From positions 1-39,072 of the forward strand of contig JAPEUI010000139.1 in the NCBI GenBank assembly GCA_026025075.1: 39,072 nucleotides of DNA. Reading direction: 5' to 3'. Of this stretch, positions 22,440 to 33,861 are shown piece after piece; positions within the stretch are counted from its first letter, which is position 1, and every line of letters begins with the position of its first letter. The notes under the pieces are model-generated. The model made no database searches. It had not been told where the DNA came from and saw nothing but the letters and a program-made list of their open reading frames with translations. Origin of the DNA: Vezdaea acicularis. Taxonomy: Eukaryota. A program made the translations under genes and the position numbers.

Positions 22440-24929
22440 ATGCCAAAGTCGGCGAGTCCCACCTATCAGCTTCTTCGGAGACTCTCCCATCACTACAGAT
22501 CTACCACGAAACGTACAATGGGTCCACAGATCCCTGCTGAGGCGCCAGTAACCGGACATGGTCTGAATCCATACGCACCCGAGCGAGTCTATTATGGTGA
22601 TGAGATGCAAGCCAACTATAGGAGATATGTAAGATCCCGCATCATTTCTCCCTAATGTCGTTCCCTAGGTCCATTGGGCTTCTCATGCACCTCATTAACG
22701 CGAATTACAGGTCGCTCAAAACCCAAGCCGAAAAGCAGACTCTCGTGCAGGTAGGGGAGAACCAAGTAAGAAGGTTGAGGATGTCGAAGGAGGAGATGTC
22801 AACGACTGACCTTGACGAACTCTCAGAAACCCCAGATCTGAGGAGCTCCAAATACTTGATCAATGTCGAGCCAAGTTTACGGGAACTCTTAGCAACGGAA
22901 GACACCAATCGCAACTTGCAGCTAACCATTGAAGACATTGGCCCTAAAGTAAGTATATAGTTCCAAAGACAAGTGCTTGAGAGTCTAAACACCCGTGGGT
23001 AGGACCTCAAGATTCATGACTTGAAGTCATTAGAAGCCGGCTATGATGACGTGAACATAACTGGGACTTACCCTCTTTCAAACCTCCTCCAGGAACTCAT
23101 CTTAGCCAAAGATTCGGGCAAGCAAGAAATCGTCCTCGACGAAGCTCGGATTACGGAAGACCCTGTGAGCCGGCTATCGCGCAGAATCAAAGACGCCTTC
23201 TGGGATGGCCTTACTCGACGTATCGATGGCTCCGTCATTGAGAAGGTCGGCCTGGACGAGAAAGACTGGACAGCTGACCCACGCCCACGTATATATGTGC
23301 CACTTAATGTCCCAGAACAATATAATTATTACAATCAGGTCGCTAAGGAAAGGCCCGAGGTCCGCCTTGACGTCCAATGGCTCCCTCAAGAACTCACCGT
23401 GGAGAACATGAAAGCTCTGAACAGCAAACCTGGTCTCCTGGCCGTTGCTATGGAGCGTTATACCGACGAAAAGACTGGGAAGCAAGGCCTTCGAGGATTG
23501 CCTTACACCGTCCCTGGTGGCAGATTCAATGAGTTCTTTGGGTGGGATAGTTATATGATGTCGCTCGGGCTTCTTCTGAGTGACAAAGTTGACCTTGCCA
23601 AGTCAATGGTCCTAAATTTCTGCTTCTGTATCAAGCACTACGGTAGGATACTCAACGCTACTCGATCTTACTTCCTTGGCCGATCTCAGCCGCCCTTCCT
23701 GACAGATATGGCATTGAGAGTCTACGAGGAGATTAAGGATCAAGAAGGCGCCCGCGACTTTTTAAGGGAAGCAATCCTTTCAGCAGCCAAAGAATACCTC
23801 AGCTTCTGGCAATCTAAGGACCGCTTAGATAAAGCCACCGGTCTGTCACGCTATAGACCGATCAGTCTTGGAATTCCGCAGGAGACAGAGCCAAAGCACT
23901 TTGAGCATACACTGAGGCCTTACTATACCAAGCACAACATGACGCTCGAGCAATTCATCAGCGCTTACAATGGCGGGTCCATCAAGGATGCGGACTTGGA
24001 TAATTACCTTCTACACGATTGTGGCGTCCGAGAATCTGGGCATGACACTTCTTATCGCCTTGAAGGCGTTTGCGCTGATCTTGCCACAATCGATCTAAAC
24101 TCCCTCCTTTACAAGTATGAGACTGACATTGCTCATGCCATCAAGACCGTCTTTGGTGACGAGCTGGAGATGCCCGAGGCATACTGCGCAGGGGACATGA
24201 AGCCTCACATAATGACCTCAAAAGAGTGGGAAGCCCGTGCCGCCACCCGCAAAGCAGCCATCGACAAATATCTATGGAATGAAGAGAAGGGAATCTACTA
24301 CGACTATAACTGCCGTACTCAAAAACAGACTACCCACTTTGCCGCCACCACTCTATGGGGCCTTTGGTCCGGCGTCGCCTCCCCAGCACAAGCCGCCAAA
24401 CTGGTCAAATCTGCCCTTCCTCAGCTGGAGATGTACTGGGGGCTCGCAAGCGGCACAAAGGAGTGCCGCGAACTAAATGGGCCCAGTCGCCAGTGGGATT
24501 ACCCTTTCGGCTGGCCGCCGCATCAGATCCTGGCTTGGACTGGGCTGCTACGGTATGGTTTTGTAGATGATGCGAAGAGACTTGCGTATAAGTGGCTGTC
24601 GATGATGACAAAAAGCTTCCGTGACTACAATGGGGTCGTTGTGGAGAAGTATAACGTGGAAGATAGAGCAACACCGCATATTGTAGAGGCAGAGTATGGG
24701 AATCAGGGATTGCAGTTTGAGGGTGTGGTTAGAGAAGGGTGAGCCCCCTGTCACACCCCTTTCCTTCAAAAGTGACCCAGGTTCTAATGTTTACAGGTTT
24801 GGCTGGACCAACGCCAGTTATTTATGTGGCCTCCAAGTTATCGACGCCAGCATGAAAGAGGCGCTAAAAAGTTGCACGCTATACGAGAATTTGGAGAAAG
24901 CGCCTGTGCAGAATGGAGTAGCAACGTAA
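22440..24929 (+). CDS. NTH1: Neutral trehalase (GH37 with Ca-binding-type N-terminal domain), divergent. Exons approx. 22440 (or 22518)-22628, 22711-22750/22765, 22827-22948, 23003-24738, 24797-24929
   Basis: [114 protein letters not shown]. The 5' exon boundaries are less certain. Confidence 0.93.
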
Positions 24930-25779
24930 TGCGTCATACGAGTTCCAGTGGGAGGGCGCAAAAGTAGAAAAAGCGCCCCCTCTTAGTGTTAGAATCTTAA
25001 GGCCAGGACGGTGGAAAGACTTAGAGGATGGGGACGTGGAGTATACTTCTTCTATCTAGACATGAGTGAATGAAATGATTCACGAACGCACCCCCGAATC
25101 ACTTTACCAGCTCATTGAGACGTGGATAAATCCAGCCACCCCCTGCACATTTTGCTGTTTAGATCTTCAATCACAAGCTCACCGTTCTTGCCCCTTTTCC
25201 ACCACCACTTCACACACCTCATCCACAACCTCCTGTTAAACTACAAAACAGCAAATTTGACCAGAGTATGTCGCCTTCAGAAATCATAGATGGTTTTTCA
25301 AAAAGGAGGGGAAAGGGTTAAGTTAACATGGATAATATCGCGAATCCGCTCATCCCGTAACCTATCCTGCGTGTAGCGTGAGAGCAACGATATAGGAAGC
25401 CGAGAAGCGCTGTAGCTTGAACATCCAGTAGTAAATTGTGTAGAGACCTACTATCGACAATCGACTCATCATTACGATCCTATGAGCTTCCTGCTCCCCT
25501 TTGCATGATGATGGCGCGATCTCACGTTGATCCTGGACAGCTCCCTCCTACTAACCGCGTTCCGCACAGATAATCAAGTATTGAATTTTTGAGAGAAGTA
25601 AAAGTATGCAAAGGGATGCAATGCAACAACAGATTCAAACTTAGAATGCTTGTACGGCTTCCGAGTTATGCGAAAGACACCAACACACCTTACACCAACC
25701 AGAGACAAACAGGTATACGTCAGGGATCGATTCCGAAAAAGAATACCAAATAGAGAACATACACTCAAAAGAAAGTCTT

Positions 25780-27230
25780 GAACTGGAAATATTAATTTTT
25801 GGAAGTTTTACCCAAGTAGACATTTTCTTAAAGGATAAGGAAATATATTATTATATGAAATTATGAATTATATGAGCTATTTATTTGAAAACATATATAA
25901 ATCTGTTTTATTTTTTATAATGAAGATTAAAATTGAATTCATAATAAAAGATTAATAAAAATATGAAAGCAGATAATTGAAAGTTAATTAATAATTAAAT
26001 AAAAATTGAAGCAAATAATTTAAGTTTTAATAAATAGATATAATGTCTAGATATGAGAAAATATGCAATAATTGCATAGCGCATGTTTTATGCCAGCAAT
26101 GTGATATGAGATATAATTGCCTTAGAACAAATAACATTTGCTGCAAATAGCAATATTATCTTAATCAAACAAGTATAATTAAATTTATAATACAATATAT
26201 ATATGTTTTTTTCTGAATAAAAAGTAACTTTTTTATTTCATAATTTTATAAGGCAATATTTTATGTTTTAATAATAATATTATAGATATGTATAATAATG
26301 CCTTTTAAATCAAAAAACATGATATAAAAATAAGCTTAAATTTTATTTCTTTTCTGAAAATGTAATAGACAAATGATAGTCTATCTTCTGTATGCTGCAA
26401 AAATGCTTACATTATGCGTGATGTAAGCAAACAATATAGCTATAACAGCTAAATAGTTAAACAAATAGATATATTAATATTTAATAGCAAAATGTATGAT
26501 AGAAATATATGCTGTATATCAAATTTAAATTATAATTTATAGACTATTTGACAATAAGTTATTGAGAAAGCTCAATTGAAGTTATATAATAAAGATAGAT
26601 TGCTAAATCTTTTAGATCAAACTTTTAAGAGATTTTATTTTGCTTAGCTATCATAATTTTATTAATAAATATTGGCAAAAGTCATTAGCAGATTGTCATA
26701 TAATATATAATATGCAAATAAGCTTTTAAGAATCATAATATCTTATCATGATGTCAAATATTTGAAAAAGTATTATTATCATCAGTTATCTAAATATCTG
26801 CATATAAAAATAATTATACGCTTAATTGACCTGCTTAATTAAGATAATGCATATATTTTTGATAAATGTCACTTGTTTTAAAGCAATCATATTTAGCCTA
26901 CGCTAAATAATTGCTTTTTAAATATTTTATGCAAGCGTTATGTTTTCTTTCTGTATTCTACTGTCTTGCTATATTGGATTTCATTACAATTTGAAAGTGA
27001 TTAAGATAATTTGAAAATAAAACTTTAATTCTAATATTATAATATATATTATCTTTCATTTGAAATTCAATAGTCAAATATTAAAATACTGATATTAAAT
27101 GTTTGGTTGCAACTAGCAGAATCACCCCCATAAAATCAGGTCTATAAGCTCATATTTGAAAAAAAAATTTGGTGATAAGTTTACATTTACCATCCATTTC
27201 AGCTGCTGTATAGAATTGTTTGATTTTTGA
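25780..27230. repeat. Very AT-rich island, probably a heavily C-to-T-mutated repeat or transposon relic (element type not identifiable)
   Basis: Abrupt drop in GC (6 G+C in the 60 nt starting at 25981), no ORF of 60 aa or more within 25824-27226, CpG very rare, flanked by normal-GC genic DNA. Boundaries are approximate. Confidence 0.7.
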
Positions 27231-27434
27231 CTGTGCCTGCTGCTAAACTCCTGATATCAATATTTTTTGACTTTAGGCAAAGTATATATGTGTATTACGT
27301 AGTAGTTATGGCACATTTACGCCTTGATAAGCGCTTTCAACAGTCATCTTATAAGCTTTTGCTAATCCCAACGTTTACGTATCTACACAACGAGCAAAGA
27401 GGGCGTTGTGCAGAGACCATTAAATTGTCTCGTT

Positions 27435-28771
27435 CTATTCGTTCTCATAATCCCCTGCCCTTCTCCCGCTGAGCATACCGTCGCTTCTTTGTCTTCTCCT
27501 TCCTCTGAACTCGTTAGCCCAATCAGCAAGCTGATAGCACCAACCTCCTGCGACTAGAATGCCGCTAACAACATTGACAATTCTGACAAGAAGGGTCAGA
27601 AAACCACCCCTCTCTTCGGATATTGTGAGTAGTATAGGTTCTATGTCAAATTTGAAGAAGATGCCTGGAATATTTCTCTCGCCAACAAGGAGAGATTGCT
27701 CAGTGACCGCATACTGATTTGTAAGAAGCGCGCGGCTGATGCCGGAAGTGACGCGTGCGTAAACGGTTGGGACGATTGAGAGATAGTACTGGAAACGGTA
27801 GAAATGGTTAGGCGTAGTAGCTAAAGTCTGGTCGAGAGGGTTTTGAAGCGAGGGGTAAAAAGGACCGAAGGAGAGTTCATTTATGATATGTGAGAAGTTG
27901 AAGGCTAACACAAGCTGGTGTAAGCCTCTGTGAATCATTGGCGCAGGAATCATGGACAAGAGACATACCGGAGTGATCCAAATGCTCCCCATATCCCATG
28001 TAACCGTGACCTCTAGCTGTTATATGAAAGTCTCCTTGTACTTTATTCAACTCCAGACTCCCATAAATGCGACAGCTATCCCCTTGCCCCAGGTGCCTGG
28101 GCACCCTAGGAGTTTTGCTAAACCCTCTTGACGCCTTCAACCCTACGACATCGTGGACATGTTCTTCTTCCACCCCTTCACCGGTATCAATCCGGCCCAG
28201 TTTATCCTTCCCTAACCTGTGGACGCCTTTCGTGTCAACCCATTGGGCCCAGTTTGTTGGATCTCGCTTCAGGAGGTCACCAGCGAGTATTCGGTCACCG
28301 GCGGCATCCTGAACGTTGACGTGAAGATCACCACAATGCATGGGAAGCACAATGTCAAGGTTTGCTTGGAGTTCATGCGAGATGCCTTTCTCAACGCTGA
28401 ATTGGTGAGTTTGACGTCCATGGACCCAGCGCAGCATTTCGGAGAAAGAAAGAACGAGGCAAGTGAAAAGAAGTAGTACGGTCCATTGTCCCCCACGTGA
28501 ATGCCTAGTCACATATGTAGTCTTGGTCTTGGCTAAGTAATGTTATTAGCGCCGGCTGAAGGGAACAATGGACATAGTCCAGTGCTACTAATGCAAGAGC
28601 AAATCCCGGAGGAAGGAGATGACAGCAATTGAGTGGTCCTAGCCATAACTTGACTTGCGAAGGGGCAATAGGCAACTCACGAAAGGCGTCGAACGTCCTC
28701 AGACCCTCACCAATTCCCGAGTTCTCCCCAAAGTCCCCTTCATTGATTCCACGGTCCGCGAAGCCGTTCAT
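27435..28771 (-). CDS. ERV41: COPII vesicle / ERGIC protein Erv41; 3 exons (28771-28681, 28532-27969, 27904-27435)
   Basis: LRTFDAF|PKTK...SRGGQWT; CGDLHVNVQDAAGDRILAGDLL; SCRIYGSLELNKVQGDFHITARGHGY; FNFSHIINELSFGPFYPSLQNPLD; FQYYLSIVPT; PGIFFKFDIEPI; C-terminal TM helix. Introns are GT-AG. Confidence 0.93.
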
Positions 28772-29029
28772 GTGGATCTCATCTGTAGCTCACGCTCTTG
28801 AGCTGAAGTACCTCAATGGTAGTTTGCGCCTGAAACTTTCGAGATTGAGATGTCTATTAGAGGACACATGGACCAAGGGTTGTGCAAACCATGCAAACAA
28901 AAATCCTTGCGATCGAATTCGAGAACGCGTCTCGCTTGGATGAAAACGCTTGGTAGTTAACGAATCGAGGCTCTTATTTTCTAGGACAAAGTTTTTCTTG
29001 TGCAGGCGTGTAGGGTCTGAAACCTTGAA

Positions 29030-29757
29030 ATGGGTCGAGAGCTACAGAAGAAAAAGAGACGCTCTTCAATACCGAAAGTGCGGCAAAAGCCCAAATCGAA
29101 AAAGCTCAATCTCCAAGCCAATCCTACTATTGCCGCAAATTGGCATGTGCTCTCTTTTCTAATGTAGTAGACCATAGCTAATATATGTCATTAAGGGATA
29201 AAGCGCAGACCTTCCGACAAAATTATAATCGCCTTGGGCTGGCGTCACGGCTCAACTCATCAACGGGCGGAGTCGAGAGAACAAGATCTATCGCTTCTAA
29301 GGTTTTTACGTCCGAAACCGATTCTCTCATCATCACCTCGTCAGTCAAAAAATCACTCATTCCTGGTGAGGTAAAGGTTGAACGAGATGCTTCGGGAAAC
29401 ATTGCCCGCATCATACGGACGGATAGGACAAGAACAAATCCGTTAAACGATCCGTTGAACGAAATGGCTTCTGATAATGAGAATGCGGCCCTAGCAGTAA
29501 AAGTTGTAGAGGATAAACCCACAAAGGGCATTGTGGGCGAGCTTATAGTGCAATCAGAGAATGTCGCGCTCAAAACTCCACGAAAGCAGAGCAAGCGGGA
29601 AGAAGAATGGGTGGAGCGGTTGGTGGACAAGTATGGAGACGATTTTGTAAAGATGGCAAGAGATCGAAAACTAAATCCCATGCAACAAAGTGAAGGAGAC
29701 TTGAGGAAAAGAGTAAGAAGGTGGAGGGAGTTCAAGGCTAGCGCGCTCAGCGAGTGA
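29030..29757 (+). CDS. NOP16: Ribosome biogenesis nucleolar protein Nop16; 2 exons (29030-29142, 29196-29757) separated by a GC-AG intron
   Basis: MGRELQKKKRRSSIPKV...NPTIAANW|DKAQTFRQNYNRLGLASRLN...GGVE; C-terminal EEEWVERLVDKYGDDFVKMARDRKLNPMQQSEGDLRKRV. Divergent from ERV41 across 258 bp. Confidence 0.93.
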
Positions 29758-29986
29758 TATTCAAACGAGTAGAACGATCTCCGCTGAAAGGGCTTCAGAA
29801 GGCGAGTCGAGGAACTGGGGTGGTTCTGCCTGCTTGTATTTTTGGGCCCAAGCAGTAAAATTTCCAGATGAGTTCAAGCATGGAATGTAGAAGTAACGGG
29901 GTTGAAGAAACTAGACTGCGCTGGGCTTTCCGAAGTAGTCCGGGCTCGATTGTCGCCCTAAGCACATATTGCCCCTGAGGCGAGAA

Positions 29987-31612
29987 TCATCTGCGAAACC
30001 ATAGCCTCCCAAGACCACGCTGCTGAAGCTCTCTTCTCGCAGCACCATCCATCGTCATGCCCTCTCCGTCGCTTACAGAGCTCCCGCTGCTAAGATTCTT
30101 TGCTCCTGATCCTGAGCCAACGACCTTCAGGAGTATTGTCATGACAAAGGCGCTCAAAATTGATATGCAGAGAATCCCCACCATTACTAGATTACTCTTC
30201 CGAAATTGGTGGGGCCCTGGTTTCCTGTCAGAAGCCCACCCTTCATAAAGGGCATAAGTAGTCAAAATCGATCCAAGATTACCCCAGCCGGATACAACAG
30301 CTGTTGCGGCTGCAACACCAACTTCGCCGTGGCGCGGCTGGAAAATTTCGCTGGTCCAGGTCATAGTGATGGGTACTGTAGGGCCAAGACCAAACCCTAC
30401 CATCAGGAGGCCCCCGTAGCGTGGCCAAGGGTTGCGCAAAGACCCAGCGTACGTTGTAACAAGTAGACCAACAATCTGTATGCAAACAGGAACACTGAAA
30501 AAAAGGGCGCGATGATGATGAAACCGATCCGAAAAAGGGGTCACCAGAAGTATCGCGATCAGGTCCATAATCCAAATAGGTGCAAAAAGTAAACTCAATT
30601 GCACGCCAGATAATTTGGGGTTGGTGGCTTTAATGATGACTGTCCCGTAGTTCTGTACGCCAATGCCAACTCCAACAACCCCAAAATACATCAGTAAAAG
30701 TGGCCACAAACGCCAATCAAGGAAGATCTTGCCGAGGTCTTTCAAGCTCCAGGCTCTGCGATGATATACCCTAGTAAGGTCTTCATAGTGAATAAGTGCA
30801 TCATCGCCTTTGAGTGCGGGTTTGCCCTCTGGTATCCATTTCCTCCAACCTTCCCGCTGTCGAATCTCCCCAGGCGGAAGTGGACGATCAGGTAACCACC
30901 AAAGTAGTGATATTCCCACAAAGACTGTGATAAGACCATAGAGAAGGAACATCCACTGGAAGCCAACCAGTCCTCCGAGACCATCCATCTTTTGAAACCC
31001 TGCCGATACTAATCCTACCACAGCAGCCGAAACTTGCGCTGCTGTGAAATATTGGCCAATTCGCTTGCCTATTCGCGAAGGTGGATAGAATAGAGTAAGG
31101 TAGTAAGCCATTCCTGGCCACATTCCGGCTATGACTATCCCAAGCAGGAGGCGAAGGAGATAGAGACTCCATGCCGCTTCCATCGCTGTCATGCATGTGC
31201 CCACAATTCCTACCCCGATCACGATCCTGCTCATCCAAACATGAGGACTAAGTCTTGTCATTATCAGATTGGCTGGCAGATCGAAGATAACGTAGCAGAC
31301 GTAGAACAGGGCAAGCCCGGTCGAGACTTGATGCGGTGTTAGGTGGAGCTTTTGACTAAGGTCATGGCCCTGAGCTGCATTCATTGTTTGGGCCAGACCA
31401 ACGTTCGACCGAATGGCCGAGCATAGAAAGTATAAGGTCCAGAAGGCTGGAATAATACGCCAGTCAAGCTTTTGGTAGACCTTCTCAATCTTTGCAATAT
31501 CGATGCCATCTAAGGCAAGCTCTTGGTCGTGGGAAAGGCCATTGCCTTTATCTTCACTTTTGCCGAGCTCGAGCTCTGATTGTTGAAGGTCTGCCATCCT
31601 TCCTCTATTCAT
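29987..31612 (-). CDS. MFS transporter, anion:cation symporter (allantoate/nicotinate/biotin permease-like) family, intronless; substrate not determinable
   Basis: KLDWRIIP start of TM1, about 12 hydrophobic segments, LLRLLLGIVIAGMWPG, GLVGFQWMFLLYG, SDRF loop. The start may be 31612 or 31597. Confidence 0.92.
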   Translation of the reverse strand: MNRGRMADLQQSELELGKSEDKGNGLSHDQELALDGIDIAKIEKVYQKLDWRIIPAFWTLYFLCSAIRSNVGLAQTMNAAQGHDLSQKLHLTPHQVSTGLALFYVCYVIFDLPANLIMTRLSPHVWMSRIVIGVGIVGTCMTAMEAAWSLYLLRLLLGIVIAGMWPGMAYYLTLFYPPSRIGKRIGQYFTAAQVSAAVVGLVSAGFQKMDGLGGLVGFQWMFLLYGLITVFVGISLLWWLPDRPLPPGEIRQREGWRKWIPEGKPALKGDDALIHYEDLTRVYHRRAWSLKDLGKIFLDWRLWPLLLMYFGVVGVGIGVQNYGTVIIKATNPKLSGVQLSLLFAPIWIMDLIAILLVTPFSDRFHHHRALFFSVPVCIQIVGLLVTTYAGSLRNPWPRYGGLLMVGFGLGPTVPITMTWTSEIFQPRHGEVGVAAATAVVSGWGNLGSILTTYALYEGWASDRKPGPHQFRKSNLVMVGILCISILSAFVMTILLKVVGSGSGAKNLSSGSSVSDGEGMTMDGAARRELQQRGLGRLWFRR

Positions 31613-32805
31613 TCAATGCGATCTGTGAGAATAAAGATTGCCGGATTCTTAGTTCTGAGTGATTTTCATCTAAAGACGATGCTCGAAGGGCATTATCTCC
31701 CACGGAAAGTTAGTCTTTACATAAACCTTTGCAGTGAGGGGCAATGCCCGTACACCGCTATTGAAGGTTTTGTGGCTGCTGGCTGTGGTCTGGGTAGACT
31801 CGACCTAGAGGCCGTCGCCATGGCCACAATTCCTCATCTTATTGGTCCTCAACAAGTGATGGTTAAGTAAACTTGGCGGGGCCGTGGAAACGGCGTGGGA
31901 ACGTGAGTTGGCGGGGTCATTCAGTGCAAGGTACCCATGGCTTCCATGACATATAAACTTTATCAATTGCTTCTGCGACATCGGACCTTTGAGAAGGCCA
32001 CAAAGAGACTCAGCTTTTCTGTAGAATCACTGGAAGATTTGTAGATAAGAACGTATGAATATAAGCTTCAGATGGAAATGCAACATCCAACCATTGATGG
32101 AAAATAGAAGGTCTCCAATTATATTTCGTTCGAGGCGTTAGGATCTATGACATCATTCGATTCAACCCGCGACCTGGATTGCGCTAGCCGACGTCTCGTG
32201 TCCCGTCGTAGATAACATCGTGTGGAAGCGCTGCGGCGTGGACTCCCAACATACAATCGGTTTGAGAATTATTGACTTCTACGATCAATCTACTACTATC
32301 CTATAGTACCTAATGCTTTTTTACCCTGCGTGACGCCTGCGGCCGTTTCCGGTAGAGCCTAGACTGTTGCCCATTCATACACGCATACCTCACATTCATA
32401 CGAAAACATCTAACAATTGTCTGACTATCTATTGGTTACGGAATAGATCATCTCTCGCTGGCGTCCACTGCTTCCCAATATGCACGACGCATGCCCTCAT
32501 GGCCCGGAGAGCATAGCTTGGTCGCCTGCTCATATGTAAACGTCTCATAGACCAAGCTCAAATCGATAGATGAATTGCAAAATGAGTAAATTCCTTGAAA
32601 ACTCATGAGTGGTAAGGGGTAGACTATTGAATATAAGTAGACTTGGTAGATAGAGAACGTCGGTGAAAAGAGCCAAGCAATTTAAAGCTTAAACCTACGT
32701 CAAATTCACGTGAGCGAGAGGAAATCTTCAAGCTTAACGAAGCTGCGACCACCATAAGCTTGCTGAAGCATCGTTAATCCAGAGCGCAATCTTTCTGCCG
32801 CAGTT

Positions 32806-33594
32806 ATGCTTGCCTCTAGATTTGTTCGAAGTGGTCGGCTGTCGCCTTCTTTTGCTTTTCGACTAGTTTCTACCTTGCACGGGAACGAGCATATTGTCAG
32901 CCACTCTTTCCCGCCGTTTGTATCCGCGCTAACACTCTTCGAGTACGTCTTCCCAGACACTCGAGGTTCAGGGCAAGGTTATCTGCTTTCCCTCTTATCG
33001 TCGGAGCCAGTCAACCCCGATCTTGTCATAGGGAGCACAACCGAGTTACCTCCGACTCAAACCTCATTTACTGAGAATTCGAAATTCTTGACTCTACTAC
33101 AGGAAGTCCTCGCCAAGCATGCGTTCGAAGATGAGGAAATAAAATTGCAGGCGCAAGTCATGGCTTCAACATCTGGCGCGTCTTCGTCTTCAGGTGGCCA
33201 CTTCTTCCCGGAGCAAAGACGCAGGACGGGAAGACCCACTCCTGCAAGCGGTGACGGGGCCGGCGGGGCAAATTCTCAAGGAGGCATTGGGAGCGGCGGT
33301 GTGGGGGGCTGGATACATGTCAGTGACTCAAGGAGTCCACCCTCATACGGCAGAATACCGAACCCTGAGGACATATTTGGAAGCCTGCAAGTTGATGAAC
33401 GTGGAGCATTTGTTGGAGAATGCGGGTCGTATCAGCCTAGCGGGACCTATCGAGTTATCACTAGGGAAGGGCTGTAAGTTCCAACATCTCGATATTATCC
33501 ATTGAAACGTAGCTAACCGCCAGCCTTGCGACGCAGCCTTGGGCTAACTCCGTTTCTGCGGAGTCAAGTGGTGAAGGTCTTGCAAACGAAATAG
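32806..33594 (+). CDS. Conserved fungal protein of unknown function, probably mitochondrial; 3 exons (32806-32895, 32944-33473, 33537-33594)
   Basis: Presequence-like MLASRFVRSGRLSPSFAFRLVSTL (Arg-rich, no acidic residues). Conserved-looking blocks IGSTTELPP...FTEN, GGWIHVSDSR...YGRIPNPEDIFGSLQVD and YQPSGTYRVITREGL|LGLTPFL. Both introns have GCTAAC branch sites. Confidence 0.85.
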
Positions 33595-33861
33595 CATCAC
33601 GTGAATAGCCGCCAGTACCCCTGTCAAAACCAACATTGTCCCGTTTTGGCACAGCGCATGCAACATGATGCATGAAACTGCAAGAAAACGGCACAGATAC
33701 AAATACCATCGCGATGCCCCTATTCTACAAGTCTACAAATGAAGTTGTGTGGGCAGCACAACATTATTCTGGGAAGATCGCACATTCTTGCCTTTTGCCA
33801 TTTTTAGTGTACATTGAACTATAATCCACTGCTTGAGGATTTTACTCCGGCACACGACGAA

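Noticed and set aside
25563..27237. Terminal inverted repeats around the AT island (GCACAG...AATCAA vs TTGATT...CTGTGC)
   Set aside because: Only a 6-bp match plus a gapped AT-rich match and no target-site duplication; too weak to call a DNA transposon.
33521..33523. Alternative acceptor CAG 13 nt upstream of the chosen one (duplicated CAGCCTT)
   Set aside because: Very close to the CTAAC branch site and shifts frame away from the conserved-looking LLGLTPFL tail.
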